From positions 17,458 through 81,457 of IMG/VR virus record IMGVR_UViG_3300018481_000020: a DNA stretch of 64,000 bases. One strand, given 5' to 3'. The DNA comes from a virus. Shown piece after piece: positions 7,406 through 17,835 of this stretch (its first letter is position 1; each line of letters starts with the position of its first letter). A program made the translations under genes and the position numbers. The notes below the pieces were generated by a model, which was given only the letters and a program-made list of their open reading frames with translations, was not told the origin of the DNA and ran no database searches.

Positions 7406-10400
7406 ATGACGTTCGACCAGGCGCAGTCTCCGCGTCTGGGCCAGCGCACGGCGATCGAGTCCACCTATGTCCGGATGTTCTCCGGGACAGAGATCCCCGA
7501 GGCAGCCTGGCCCGGACAGCTGATCTACCGCAACGAATCCCAGGGCCTACAGATCTTCAACGGGAATGCCTGGGAGGACGTGGTCGGTGGTGTCCCCGGC
7601 ACCCTGACCTTCGTCGGTACCACGATCCCGGTGGCACAGCATGCCGGCGACATCTGGTTCGACTCCGGAAACGGCAATCTGATGTACGTCGCGCACAGTC
7701 AGGGCGCGGATGCCATCGTGGCCGGCGAGTGGGAGCTGGTCTCGGCCGAGGTGCCCGCGATCACCGAGAACACCTACATCTACCACCAGGACACTCCACC
7801 AGGAGCAGGAGACACCCCACAGCCCAAGGAGAACGACTTCTGGTACGAGACCCCGGGGAACCACCAGTACTACTACGTCAGCGCCGCTCCTGGGACGCAC
7901 TGGGTCTCGGTCCGGGACACCGGTATCGAGCAGGCCCAGGAGGCTGCGGAGGGAGCCCAGGGCACCGCAGATGAGGCCCTGGGCACCGCGAACGAAGCCC
8001 TGACCGCAGTGGGTGCGATCCCACCGAGGACCGATGGGCAAGTGCCTGCGACCTCACCGGCCGTGACGGTGACCCCGTTCGCACTCCGTAGCGTGCGTGC
8101 CTCCTGGGGTTCGGTGAGCAATGCGGAACCGGTGCGCTACCAGGTCTATGTCTCGGATGCTCCGATGCCGGGGACTACCCCGGACCCGACCAAGCTGTTC
8201 GATACCACGGCCGCGCTCAGCGTGGTGATCCCGGCCACGGTGCGGAAGTACGTGCGGGTACGCGCGGTGGACGAGGACGGCGGCGCGGTCAGCTGGGGTG
8301 CCGAGGGCAATGCGATGCCGGTGGTGTTCGATCCGGTTGACCTGGTCAACCTCACCGAGGATGTCACTGACTACATCGACCAGCAGGAGATCGATGCGCT
8401 TGCTGGGATGGAGAGCAGCATCGCCCCGACCATCAAGGGCTACGTGGTCGAGTACGCGGTGAACTCTTCGGAGACGGTCGCGCCCACCACGGGCTGGTCC
8501 ACGGCTCAGCCAACTCGTACCCCTGGTCAGTTCATCTGGACCCGTACCACGGTGACCCGACACGACGACACCACCTCCACCACGGCACCTGCGCTGTTGA
8601 CTGGGAACACCGGTGCCACTGGTAGCCAGGGAATCCAGGGCTCGGCTGGGACAGCTGGGACTACCTACTACACCTGGCTGAAGTACGCATCGAGTGCGAC
8701 CCCAGCTGCGGGCGATATGTCCGACTCGCCGGCGGGGAAGACCTACATGGGCATCGGGGTGGGCAAGACCTCGGCCATCGAGAGCACTTTCTACACCGAT
8801 TACACCTGGTCGCTCATCCAAGGACCACAGGGAAACCAGGGCATTCCAGGCACACCGGGCGCAGATGGGGTCACTACCTACACCTGGGTCAAGTACGCCC
8901 CCAACGGAGCTCCTACCAACCTCCAGATCTCCGATCTGCCAGCAGGTATGACGCACATTGGTCTGGCCTTCAACAAGACCACGGCCACCGAGTCAACGGT
9001 CGCTACTGACTACACATGGTCCTTGATCCAGGGCCCACAGGGTTCACCAGGGATTCAAGGTAATCCCGGAGCGGACGGGATCACCTACTACACCTGGCTG
9101 AAATATGCCTCCAGTGCCACTCCAGCAGCCGGAGACATGGCTGATCTCCCAACTGGCAAGACCTATATGGGCATCGCGGTGGGCAAGACCTCTGCGGTTG
9201 AGTCGACGGTCTACACCGACTACAACTGGTCACTCATCCAGGGAGCACAGGGAAACCAAGGGATCCCGGGTACCCCTGGCGCTGATGGCGTGACGACGTA
9301 CACCTGGGTGAAGTACGCGCCCAACGGCACACCAAGTGATGCCCAGATCTCTGACCTGCCGGCCGGGATGACCCATATCGGTCTGGCGTTCAACAAGACG
9401 ACTGCCACGGAATCCACCTCAGCGGCGCAGTACCAATGGTCACTGATCCAGGGTCCACAAGGTAGTCCGGGCATCCCTGGCACACCGGGTGCTGATGGGA
9501 TCACCTATTACACGTGGCTCAAGTACGCATCCAGCTCTACTCCCCTTGCTGGGGACATGTCCGACTCTCCGGTCGGAAAGACCTATATGGGGATCGCGGT
9601 AGGGAAGACCTCGGCTACTGAGACCACCGTGTACGCCGACTACACCTGGTCCTTGATCCAGGGTCCACAGGGCAACCAGGGCATCCAGGGACCTGCTGGG
9701 GCAGACGGACAACCCACCTATACCTGGGTGAAGTACGGCACTTCTGTCGCCGGCGCAGGGATCAACGACTCGCCAGTGGGGATGACCTACATCGGGCTGG
9801 CCTTCAACAAGACCACTGCGGTCGAGTCGACCGACCCGTTGCAGTACCAGTGGTCGCTGATCCAGGGACCTCAGGGCTCACAGGGGATTCAAGGCCCTGC
9901 TGGGCCCAACGGCGCATCGCTGTACACCTGGCTGAAGTACGCGGACACCCCCACCACCGGGATGAACGATCTGCCGGCAGGCAAGACCTACATGGGTGTC
10001 GCGTACAACAAGACGAGCTCCACCGAGTCGAGCACCTACACCGACTACGAGTGGTCACTCATCCAGGGTCCACAGGGCAACACCGGCATCCAGGGTCCAG
10101 CTGGAGCCAATGGTCAGCCCACGTACACCTGGATCAAGTACGCACCGAACGGCACCCCCACTGATGTGCAGATCTCGGACCTTCCTGCTGGGATGACGTA
10201 CATCGGGTTCGCCTTCAACAAGACGGTTGCTGCTGAGTCCACTGTCGCGACCGACTACACCTGGTCGCTGATCCAAGGGCCGCAGGGTAACGCTGGTACG
10301 CCCGCCTCGATGGTCGACTTGGTCGCGACAACGCAGGTGCTGTCTGCGACTGCTGTCGCTGGTGCAGCAACCACTCCGACGACTGCGGTCGTGACCGGCA

Positions 10401-13400
10401 CGGCCACCAACACGACGATCAGCACCTGGACGTTCAACCCAGACGGAGCTGGGTTCGGAGCTGCCCCCGCGTACGTCTCTGTCGCCGGGAACGTGGTGAC
10501 CGTCACTGGTGCCACCATGACGGCCAAGTCGCTGGCGATCAGAGCCACCGGCGCGAGCGGTGTCACCGACACCATGACCATCGCCAAGGTCACCGCTTCT
10601 GTCGGCATCTCAGGTGCGCCGGTGATTACCTATCAGGCTGGCTCTAGCGCCACGACCGCACCGACCGGCTCCTGGGTGACGACTCCGCCGGCCACCACTC
10701 CAGGGCAGTTCCTCTGGACTCGCACGATCACGACGTACACCGACAACTCGACCGGTACTGCCTATGCGGTGGCCGCGCACGGCACCACTGGTACACCGGG
10801 TACCACCGTCACTGGCAACGTCATCGATTATCAGGTCGGCAGTAGCGGGACCTCGGTTCCGGTGAGCACCTGGGTGACCTCACCAGTGCCCGTCACCACC
10901 CCTGGCCAGTTCCTCTGGACCAGGACCACCACCAGCTACTCCGGTGGCGTGCCCTCGGCGGTCTCCTACTCGGTTGCAGCGCACGGTACGTCAGGAGCAG
11001 CTGGTGCCGACGCCATCACGGTGGTGCTGACCAACGAGTCCATGAACTTCGCAGGTGGCTTGACCGCTGCGCTCGGTGGCACTGAGGACACCGGGGTGAT
11101 TGCCTACAAGGGTGCGGTCCAGCAGACCATCGACGTGGGCACCATCACCGTGGTCGGTGCTCCTGCCGGCATCAGCGCGGCGATCCTCTCGGGCGATCTC
11201 AGCACCGCCCCGATCATCCGAGTTACGACTACCACGGGATTGACGGCCACTTCCGGCACCATCGACGTGGCCCTGATCGTTGCTGGCCAGTCGTTCACCA
11301 AGGTCATCTCCTGGGCGGTGAACCGCACCGGAGCCCAGGGTGGCCAAGGAAATCAGGGCAACAGCATCACCGCTGTCACTCCGTACTGGGCTCAGGTGAC
11401 CACAGGTGCAGCCGCGCCAACGCAACCGACCACCCAAGCGACGCCACCTGCCCCATGGGTGGCCACCGAACCGGCGTACGCCTCCAACACCGAGATGTAC
11501 ACCACCGAGAAGATCACCTACTCCAACGTCACCTACACCTACACCACGGTGGCGAAGTCCTCGACCTACTCCGGGATGCTTCCCAAGATCTCGCTGATCG
11601 GGACGAGCGGCAAGGCGTTTCGCGGAGTGGCGACGTACATGGAGTCCTCCACGAACCTCGTCGGGAACATCGTGATCGACACCCCGATCACGTTCACCGC
11701 CCAGATGTGCAAGTTCCGCATCTCGGGTTACAACTACCACAACCTCAACGGCACGATTGACCTTGAAGTGGCTGCCTACGCCTACACCACTCCATCGGTG
11801 GTGAATGCCTCGGCGGTCAACAGCGGCAACATGCCAGTCACGGTGCGCATTGGTCGGAAGATCTCCACCGGGACAATGCGCATCATCATCAAGTCAGAGG
11901 CTACGAGCAACTACTGGCAGTACCCAAGGATCGCAAATCTCGATGCGGAGATTGGTTCCACAACCGCTCCCGACTCGTGGCTGAGCGGCTGGACCATCAC
12001 CCGTATAGACGAGGCCACCACCCTGTCGAGCAGCGATCTGGTAGTTGCGCCCACCACCGCGAACCTCCCGGCAGACCTGTCCAGCAAGGTCCAGTGGGGT
12101 GCCAGCGCCCCAGTGAACGGGTCCACCATCGGCAAGGTCGGTGACCTCTACTACGTAAAGTCCGGTACCACCCCGAATACCCAGATCGACGCGATCTATG
12201 AGTGCACCACCGCGAACAACTGGACCATCCGCTATGTCGAGTCCGCTGCGATCAAGAACCTAGCGGTCGGGAAGATCACCGCGCTGGGCACCGAACTGTC
12301 CAAGCTCACCGGGGGTGGGCATCTGATCGACCCCAAACCGACGCTGGTTGCCAACGATCCGGTTGTCGGGTCCATCTCCTGGCCTCAGTTCAAGGTCAAG
12401 TATCAAGAGCACGAACTCACCGTCCCGTTGGGCAACACCGCGAACAAGTGGGTGATCTATCGGTGGAGTGGTACGGCTGGGTCCATTGCCTACTCCGACA
12501 CCAGACCCACACTGGCTGTGGGCGACATGATCCTGTTCTCCAACGTGAGCGGCGTCCCGTTCCGGGTGTTCGGCACCGTGCTGGTGGACGGTGACATGGT
12601 GATCGACGGCTCGCTGTCCACCAAGTCCCTCATTGCTAACGAGATCTACTCAGATGAGGGCTACTTCGGAAAGCTGGACGCAAATCAGATCGAAGCTGGG
12701 TCAGGCCTGATCAACGAGTTGGAGCTCATCGGTGGGTTGAAACTGAACGTGACGACCGCGTTCCCTGACGGCACGATGCGGCTCAACCCCAGAGAAGGTC
12801 TGTTCTTCGATCACCCCGATCCGGTAACCGGCCTTCCTACTGGCAAGAAGACCTACATCAAGGCAGATGGCACCGGCTCACAGTTCATCGGTAACGCGAC
12901 TTTGGACAACCTCACCGTGAACGGTGGGATGAACCTGTCCGGTGCGAACCTGGCGATCTCCGGGACAGTGCGGACACTGAATGGGTATGCAACCCCGACC
13001 AACCCAGTTTCGGTGACTGGTTCCCACCCGGTGAACACAGCTCGCGCCTCCTCTTGGTGGGATGGTACGGGTGGAGCCAGAGGGACCACGAGTGAGTACC
13101 ACGCCGGACTCTGCGACACCGTGGGTGGGGGCGAGTTCGTCACGGCCCGATACGGCATCTATGGAGGCCCTTATGGCGACATAGTGTGGGGCTCGCGCAT
13201 CGACAGCACCTCGTTCATCGAGGAGAGCCTTCCGACAGGATGGTCTCCAATAGGCGGAGTCACTCGGATTGGTGGCACCTACTACACCCTTTGCTGCCCC
13301 AGAAACGCCACCGGGGTGTACACCTACACCTCGTGGCGGATCTACAAGATCGCTCAAGGCGGCACGGTCACCGGCTCTTTCGACATGACTCATGGTCTCG

Positions 13401-14680
13401 GCTCGTCGTCGCGCATCCCCTCCATCGGAAACGACGGCACCAATCTCCTGTTCGCGATCCCCACCACGAGCGACACCCTCTACATTCGGACCTGCCTGCC
13501 CACCTTCACCGGCACGCTCGATTCAACCGGACAAATCTACTGCGGTGCCTACGCCACTACGACGAAGGGGATCATTCGCACATTCGCGGCGGGGCCGACC
13601 GGACTCGATCGGTATTACGTCATCTCGGCGGGTGGGTCTTACTGCCATACGACAGCCGGAGTTCGGACCAACGCGGAGAACTTCTCGCTTGCGGCCGGAA
13701 GTTGCAATGGCGCGTTCATCGACACCGCTGGTGGCGGAACGATCAAGACCCTGCACAGTGACGGAAAGGTCTACTCCTACACCTGGCTCAGTGGGACCTG
13801 GGCTGTCGGTCACTCCTGGTACGGAACCGCTCGTGCACCGAATGCGGCAGCAGAGACATTTGCCAAGGTCATCACAGTCACTCCACCTCGGTTTGCCGAC
13901 TGGACTGTCTCATTGTCCGAGGCACCACCTGGTACTGATGCCGACACCGCCAGTCCCAACGCGGCTCGGATCTATGCAGGGCCAGTTGGTGCCCCGACTT
14001 TTCAAGACCTCCTGACGAGCGGTGCACCGTGGTCGAAGACCTACACGACTCCCTGGCCGGTCACTACGCCGGGTGTTCCTACCAGCAACGGCTTCTCTAC
14101 CCGTCCAGGTGGACTGGGTGTACTGGAGTCCTGGGCGAAGCAAACTGATCTCGTCACACCTATCTGGCGGGTGCAAGGCTCGGGGGATGGGTTCATTGGA
14201 TCAGCTCTGTCATGGGACTCGACGGGCACTTCCACGGTGCCCACGGCGGGCTTCCGTAGCACCACCACCGACCAGACCCTCGCCACTTCCGGTGCGTGGG
14301 CTGCGCTCTTGCTCACCGGTACACCCGATCACAACGTCGGTGGGATCACGTACTCAGCCGGGGTGATCACGGTTCCCGTTGCAGGGATCTACGTGGTCAA
14401 CATCCTCGTCAACTGGGTGTCGTCCGCAGCCGGTGGTCGACGGATCGTTCAACTCGCACGATGGGCCTCAGCGGCGGGTGTACCCGTACTGGGCTTCAAC
14501 GGCAACTCGCTCGGGCGGCAGGAGATCAGTCCTAACTCATATGCCACGAACATGCTCGTCATACAGGCCAGCCTTGCGGCTGGAGACAAGCTGAGAACAG
14601 ATTGCTATCAGTCCTCGGGTGTGTCTCTTGCTATCGACAACAGCACTCCCGCCCATTTTGACGTTCGCAAGATTGGATAA
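7406..14680 (+). CDS. large tail fibre / receptor-binding protein (2424 aa)
   Basis: FN3-like domain, collagen triplets, 8 tandem ~70-aa repeats, LWTRT repeats, C1q-like C-terminus; Thr/Gly rich. Confidence 0.85.
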   Translation: MTFDQAQSPRLGQRTAIESTYVRMFSGTEIPEAAWPGQLIYRNESQGLQIFNGNAWEDVVGGVPGTLTFVGTTIPVAQHAGDIWFDSGNGNLMYVAHSQGADAIVAGEWELVSAEVPAITENTYIYHQDTPPGAGDTPQPKENDFWYETPGNHQYYYVSAAPGTHWVSVRDTGIEQAQEAAEGAQGTADEALGTANEALTAVGAIPPRTDGQVPATSPAVTVTPFALRSVRASWGSVSNAEPVRYQVYVSDAPMPGTTPDPTKLFDTTAALSVVIPATVRKYVRVRAVDEDGGAVSWGAEGNAMPVVFDPVDLVNLTEDVTDYIDQQEIDALAGMESSIAPTIKGYVVEYAVNSSETVAPTTGWSTAQPTRTPGQFIWTRTTVTRHDDTTSTTAPALLTGNTGATGSQGIQGSAGTAGTTYYTWLKYASSATPAAGDMSDSPAGKTYMGIGVGKTSAIESTFYTDYTWSLIQGPQGNQGIPGTPGADGVTTYTWVKYAPNGAPTNLQISDLPAGMTHIGLAFNKTTATESTVATDYTWSLIQGPQGSPGIQGNPGADGITYYTWLKYASSATPAAGDMADLPTGKTYMGIAVGKTSAVESTVYTDYNWSLIQGAQGNQGIPGTPGADGVTTYTWVKYAPNGTPSDAQISDLPAGMTHIGLAFNKTTATESTSAAQYQWSLIQGPQGSPGIPGTPGADGITYYTWLKYASSSTPLAGDMSDSPVGKTYMGIAVGKTSATETTVYADYTWSLIQGPQGNQGIQGPAGADGQPTYTWVKYGTSVAGAGINDSPVGMTYIGLAFNKTTAVESTDPLQYQWSLIQGPQGSQGIQGPAGPNGASLYTWLKYADTPTTGMNDLPAGKTYMGVAYNKTSSTESSTYTDYEWSLIQGPQGNTGIQGPAGANGQPTYTWIKYAPNGTPTDVQISDLPAGMTYIGFAFNKTVAAESTVATDYTWSLIQGPQGNAGTPASMVDLVATTQVLSATAVAGAATTPTTAVVTGTATNTTISTWTFNPDGAGFGAAPAYVSVAGNVVTVTGATMTAKSLAIRATGASGVTDTMTIAKVTASVGISGAPVITYQAGSSATTAPTGSWVTTPPATTPGQFLWTRTITTYTDNSTGTAYAVAAHGTTGTPGTTVTGNVIDYQVGSSGTSVPVSTWVTSPVPVTTPGQFLWTRTTTSYSGGVPSAVSYSVAAHGTSGAAGADAITVVLTNESMNFAGGLTAALGGTEDTGVIAYKGAVQQTIDVGTITVVGAPAGISAAILSGDLSTAPIIRVTTTTGLTATSGTIDVALIVAGQSFTKVISWAVNRTGAQGGQGNQGNSITAVTPYWAQVTTGAAAPTQPTTQATPPAPWVATEPAYASNTEMYTTEKITYSNVTYTYTTVAKSSTYSGMLPKISLIGTSGKAFRGVATYMESSTNLVGNIVIDTPITFTAQMCKFRISGYNYHNLNGTIDLEVAAYAYTTPSVVNASAVNSGNMPVTVRIGRKISTGTMRIIIKSEATSNYWQYPRIANLDAEIGSTTAPDSWLSGWTITRIDEATTLSSSDLVVAPTTANLPADLSSKVQWGASAPVNGSTIGKVGDLYYVKSGTTPNTQIDAIYECTTANNWTIRYVESAAIKNLAVGKITALGTELSKLTGGGHLIDPKPTLVANDPVVGSISWPQFKVKYQEHELTVPLGNTANKWVIYRWSGTAGSIAYSDTRPTLAVGDMILFSNVSGVPFRVFGTVLVDGDMVIDGSLSTKSLIANEIYSDEGYFGKLDANQIEAGSGLINELELIGGLKLNVTTAFPDGTMRLNPREGLFFDHPDPVTGLPTGKKTYIKADGTGSQFIGNATLDNLTVNGGMNLSGANLAISGTVRTLNGYATPTNPVSVTGSHPVNTARASSWWDGTGGARGTTSEYHAGLCDTVGGGEFVTARYGIYGGPYGDIVWGSRIDSTSFIEESLPTGWSPIGGVTRIGGTYYTLCCPRNATGVYTYTSWRIYKIAQGGTVTGSFDMTHGLGSSSRIPSIGNDGTNLLFAIPTTSDTLYIRTCLPTFTGTLDSTGQIYCGAYATTTKGIIRTFAAGPTGLDRYYVISAGGSYCHTTAGVRTNAENFSLAAGSCNGAFIDTAGGGTIKTLHSDGKVYSYTWLSGTWAVGHSWYGTARAPNAAAETFAKVITVTPPRFADWTVSLSEAPPGTDADTASPNAARIYAGPVGAPTFQDLLTSGAPWSKTYTTPWPVTTPGVPTSNGFSTRPGGLGVLESWAKQTDLVTPIWRVQGSGDGFIGSALSWDSTGTSTVPTAGFRSTTTDQTLATSGAWAALLLTGTPDHNVGGITYSAGVITVPVAGIYVVNILVNWVSSAAGGRRIVQLARWASAAGVPVLGFNGNSLGRQEISPNSYATNMLVIQASLAAGDKLRTDCYQSSGVSLAIDNSTPAHFDVRKIG
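8660..10290 (+). repeat. 8 tandem ~210-bp coding repeats
   Basis: YTW[LVI]KY...Y.WSLIQG[PA]QG unit repeated 8 times in alternating A/B types. Confidence 0.9.
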
Positions 14681-14685
14681 CACGG

Positions 14686-14958
14686 ATGGTTGATCTACCC
14701 ACGTTCACGAACCTCACTGCCGCACAGGCTGCGACACTCCTGGACACGTTCAAGCCGTTCGAGGGAGCCACCCAGGCGCAGACACGGGACGCCTATCTTG
14801 CAGACCTGCGGGAGTGGCTGATGGCTAAGGCCAAAATCCACCGACAAGAAGTCCGAGCAGCTGCACAGGTTCAAGAGGTGATTGCGGAGAACGAACAGAT
14901 GGAGACCTCGCTACCGGTGGTGGTCAAGCCGACACCGCCAGAACCGCCGCCACCGTGA
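14686..14958 (+). CDS. hypothetical protein (possible fibre chaperone)
   Basis: Short helical ORF directly after the fibre gene. Confidence 0.55.
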   Translation: MVDLPTFTNLTAAQAATLLDTFKPFEGATQAQTRDAYLADLREWLMAKAKIHRQEVRAAAQVQEVIAENEQMETSLPVVVKPTPPEPPPP

Positions 14959-14959
14959 C

Positions 14960-14988
14960 GACTAGCGTGAACTGAGACCATGAACTAG
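14960..14988 (+). promoter_or_regulatory. conserved late-promoter-like motif, copy 2
   Basis: GACTAG-N10-GACCAT-G, followed by GAGGAGG RBS. Confidence 0.6.
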
Positions 14989-14999
14989 AGGAGGCAGCC

Positions 15000-15326
15000 A
15001 TGCCAGGAACCACCCCAGCTCAAGCCTTCCGGATCCCGATCACCACGGATGATCCGGATGTGGTCGACGACATCACCCAGCTGGCCAAGATGATCGAGAA
15101 GCGGGTGATGGGGGTCTACGCGACCACTGCCGCGCGCGATACCGCTACCGCGACAGCCGGGGTGGAGGAGGGTATGTTCGCCTTCACTAAGGACGCTAAC
15201 AAGGTCTGGTACTACGACGGAGCGGCTTGGGTGGCCTTCCCTCCGCCCCAGCCCACGATCACCTCGGGGACCTCGGTGCCGGCCAACTCCTCGGGTGTCA
15301 ACGGCGACATCTTCTTCAAGGTGTGA
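15000..15326 (+). CDS. minor virion/fibre-associated protein
   Basis: TAARD...EGM.A......WYYDGAAW and G.NGDIF motifs typical of fibre proteins. Confidence 0.65.
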   Translation: MPGTTPAQAFRIPITTDDPDVVDDITQLAKMIEKRVMGVYATTAARDTATATAGVEEGMFAFTKDANKVWYYDGAAWVAFPPPQPTITSGTSVPANSSGVNGDIFFKV

Positions 15327-15327
15327 C

Positions 15328-16437
15328 GTGCCGATCTACCAGAAGGTCGACGATGTCTGGACCCAGGCCCAGCGTCCCTACGTCCATCTCAATGATGTCT
15401 GGACGGCGGGCAAGAACGCCTATGTGAAGCGCAGCGGGGTCTGGGTCCAAGCCTACGAGTACGACGTGCTCCCACCGAAGCCACCTGAGGTGTCGCTGAG
15501 CATCTACGAGGACCGGAATGGCAACAAGCTGGTCACCAGGTGGATCAGGGTAGGAATACGCCTGCCCGGGGCCAGCAACGACGCGGACGCTCGCCTGGTG
15601 CGGGTGCTGACCGACTACGCGGGGAAAGCGCCCACCACCCAGTTCGGGGGCACCTGGACTGCCTATTCGGACTCCAGCTACCCCAGCGAGCCGTGGAGCG
15701 AGTGGCGCTACAACACCTACGGTGTGCACAAGGACACCAGTGTTGATATCGGCAAGCAGTGGCCACGCAACGCCAAGGCTGGCACCATCATTGCCGGGGA
15801 GCGGTACTACCACTTCGGAGCCTGGAGCCTGGACAACAACGGGAACTGGAGCATCGGCACCCAGGCCAGGATCTGGGTGCCCAAGGCCTCGGTGGACGCT
15901 CCGAACATCATCATCAAGGAAGCCCACGTCCAGCCGGTCTACTCGGGCTCCTGGACCTCGTCCGGGTACACCTCCGGTTCCCTGGTCCAGCAGAGCTCCC
16001 CACGATCCCAGGGCTTGTGGTTCTACGGCCATCAGTTCACCGACATGATCGGGGCGCACACCACCTATGGGGAGAGGATCAGCGTTCGGGCTGCCCAGAT
16101 CTACATCAAGCGCGAGGATGACAATGGTGCGGCGAACGCAAATATCTACCTGTTCCGGACGGGTTACCCCTATATGAGCTCGCTGCCAGCTGCGGGGCAG
16201 TACCTCAGCGTTGCGGAAACCGTCAAGCTGGGCACCCTGGCCAAGGGTCAGGCCAAGTGGTTCGAGCTGCCGGACTCTTTCAAGAACAACCTGAACAAGG
16301 ACATCAAGGGCATGGGGTTGCACAACAAGGATCCGGTCAAGGCCACCGCCTTCCCGGAGGACTACTCCTCCGTCGTCGGCACGGCCGTCAATCTGCGGGT
16401 CGGTGAGGTGCATATCGTCTGGCAGGAGGAACTGTAG
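15328..16437 (+). CDS. minor tail protein
   Basis: N-terminal KVDDVW/LNDVW/KRSGVW repeats; QG.WFYG C-terminal domain. Confidence 0.65.
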   Translation: MPIYQKVDDVWTQAQRPYVHLNDVWTAGKNAYVKRSGVWVQAYEYDVLPPKPPEVSLSIYEDRNGNKLVTRWIRVGIRLPGASNDADARLVRVLTDYAGKAPTTQFGGTWTAYSDSSYPSEPWSEWRYNTYGVHKDTSVDIGKQWPRNAKAGTIIAGERYYHFGAWSLDNNGNWSIGTQARIWVPKASVDAPNIIIKEAHVQPVYSGSWTSSGYTSGSLVQQSSPRSQGLWFYGHQFTDMIGAHTTYGERISVRAAQIYIKREDDNGAANANIYLFRTGYPYMSSLPAAGQYLSVAETVKLGTLAKGQAKWFELPDSFKNNLNKDIKGMGLHNKDPVKATAFPEDYSSVVGTAVNLRVGEVHIVWQEEL

Positions 16438-16447
16438 AACCAGGAAT

Positions 16448-16475
16448 GACTAGCCAACACAGTGAGGATGAAGAC
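16448..16475 (+). promoter_or_regulatory. conserved late-promoter-like motif, copy 3
   Basis: GACTAG-N10-GAGGAT-N6-ATG(16476). Confidence 0.55.
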
Positions 16476-16874
16476 ATGAGCGAGAAGAAGACGAACCTGG
16501 CCGAAGAGAACGCCGAGCGCACGCGCGAGGGCAACCAAGCCAATGTGGAGGGCGATGACAACTCCCAAGTGGTAGATGCCGGGGTTCCTGGCCAGATCCA
16601 GTACCCCGACCGTGAGGTGTATGCGGAGCGAGCAGCCGCGTTTGCTGCTGGCAAGGTGGACACCTTGTATCCCGAGGAGGAGACCGGCGACCGCCAGGTC
16701 TACAACACCCTCCCCGAGCGGGAGACTGGTGATGAGACCGGGGAGGAGACCGAGCCGGCTGCGATGCGTGGCATGGGCACCGACCCCAACGAGGACAATG
16801 AGGGTGGCGACACCAAGACCGGTGACAAGGACGACGACACCAAGTCCAGGAGCCAGAAGAGGAAGCAGTCTTGA
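16476..16874 (+). CDS. acidic, probably disordered protein
   Basis: E/D/T/G-rich ORF; start chosen from the promoter motif. Confidence 0.6.
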   Translation: MSEKKTNLAEENAERTREGNQANVEGDDNSQVVDAGVPGQIQYPDREVYAERAAAFAAGKVDTLYPEEETGDRQVYNTLPERETGDETGEETEPAAMRGMGTDPNEDNEGGDTKTGDKDDDTKSRSQKRKQS

Positions 16875-16990
16875 GCAGTGGCCGTGGTCCTGAGCCCGAA
16901 GACGAGGTCAGTGACGAAGACGTATTTGACCCGGAGGAAGAGGCTCAGGAAGACGAACCCGAGGCAGAAGAGGATTCCGAAACCCCCTAG
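16871..16990 (+). CDS. very acidic peptide (39 aa)
   Basis: Read manually, TTG overlapping the upstream TGA: MSSGRGPEPEDEVSDEDVFDPEEEAQEDEPEAEEDSETP. Confidence 0.4.
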   Translation: MSSGRGPEPEDEVSDEDVFDPEEEAQEDEPEAEEDSETP

Positions 16991-17002
16991 AGAGAAGATC
17001 TG

Positions 17003-17536
17003 ATGTCCACATCGGTGAACGGTTGGCCGGTACTCCAATCAGGCTCCAAGATGCTGCACAAATGGGATGTACCGGACTGTGACCGGCACTTGATCCTGCG
17101 ACGGGGCTCGGCTGGGTTCCTATTGATCCACAACGCCACCTTCATCGATCGCTTCGTGGAGAGGCTGGACCGGCATGGCTCGGTCTGGGATGAGTGGGGG
17201 CACGCGGTCCGTCCGATCAGGGGACAGACCTCGGGTTATTCCAACCATGCTTCTGGGACGGCCACCGATCTGAATGCGACAAGGCACCCCAGAGGGGTAC
17301 GTACCCGGTCAACATGGACCGATCATCAGCTCAGCCAGATCCACCGCCGGCTGAAGATGTACGAGGGCTGTCTGACCTTTGGTGGTGACTGGACCAAGAT
17401 CCCGGATGCGATGCACTGGGAGATCTCCGATGACCTGGGACACTGCGAGCGGGTCGCCCGGAGACTGCTGCGCACCAAGATCGGCAAGGCCGTCCTGGAT
17501 GACAACCCTGGCCAGCGCCGGGTGATCATGTCATGA
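17003..17536 (+). CDS. endolysin, M15 Zn peptidase
   Basis: S.NGW...WG...R......SNHASGTA.DLNA..HP...GGDW...DAMHWEI, the actinophage lysin A peptidase pattern. Confidence 0.85.
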   Translation: MSTSVNGWPVLQSGSKMLHKWDVPDCDRHLILRRGSAGFLLIHNATFIDRFVERLDRHGSVWDEWGHAVRPIRGQTSGYSNHASGTATDLNATRHPRGVRTRSTWTDHQLSQIHRRLKMYEGCLTFGGDWTKIPDAMHWEISDDLGHCERVARRLLRTKIGKAVLDDNPGQRRVIMS

Positions 17537-17835
17537 GACCACCGCCGACCTGCACCATCACTGGCTCGTTCGAGCAAGGAAAGCGTCCGGTCCAGGGCCT
17601 GGTCCGGTTCACGCCGGAGCGGCTCTGGGTGATCCAGGAGGGGATCGCCTGGGCCGTTCTGGCACCTGAGGTGGTGCTGGAGGCCGATGGCAGCTTCGTG
17701 GTGGCGGTGACTCCCACCAACGTCGACCCGGTGCCCTGGCGTTACCTCGTGGAGACCCCCGCTGGCAGCTTCAAGATCGCGGTAGCCATGAACGAGATGG
17801 GGCACACACTCAGGGAGCTGCTGCAGCGCGGATGA
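17533..17835 (+). CDS. hypothetical beta-rich protein
   Basis: Coupled on both sides; G.VRFTP...DGSF.V pattern seen at virion protein N-termini. Confidence 0.55.
   Translation: MRPPPTCTITGSFEQGKRPVQGLVRFTPERLWVIQEGIAWAVLAPEVVLEADGSFVVAVTPTNVDPVPWRYLVETPAGSFKIAVAMNEMGHTLRELLQRG

Noticed and set aside
8660-10290. Tandem repeats as a CRISPR array or DGR template
   Set aside because: They are in-frame protein repeats with synonymous variation. There is no reverse transcriptase in the window and no adenine-specific divergence.
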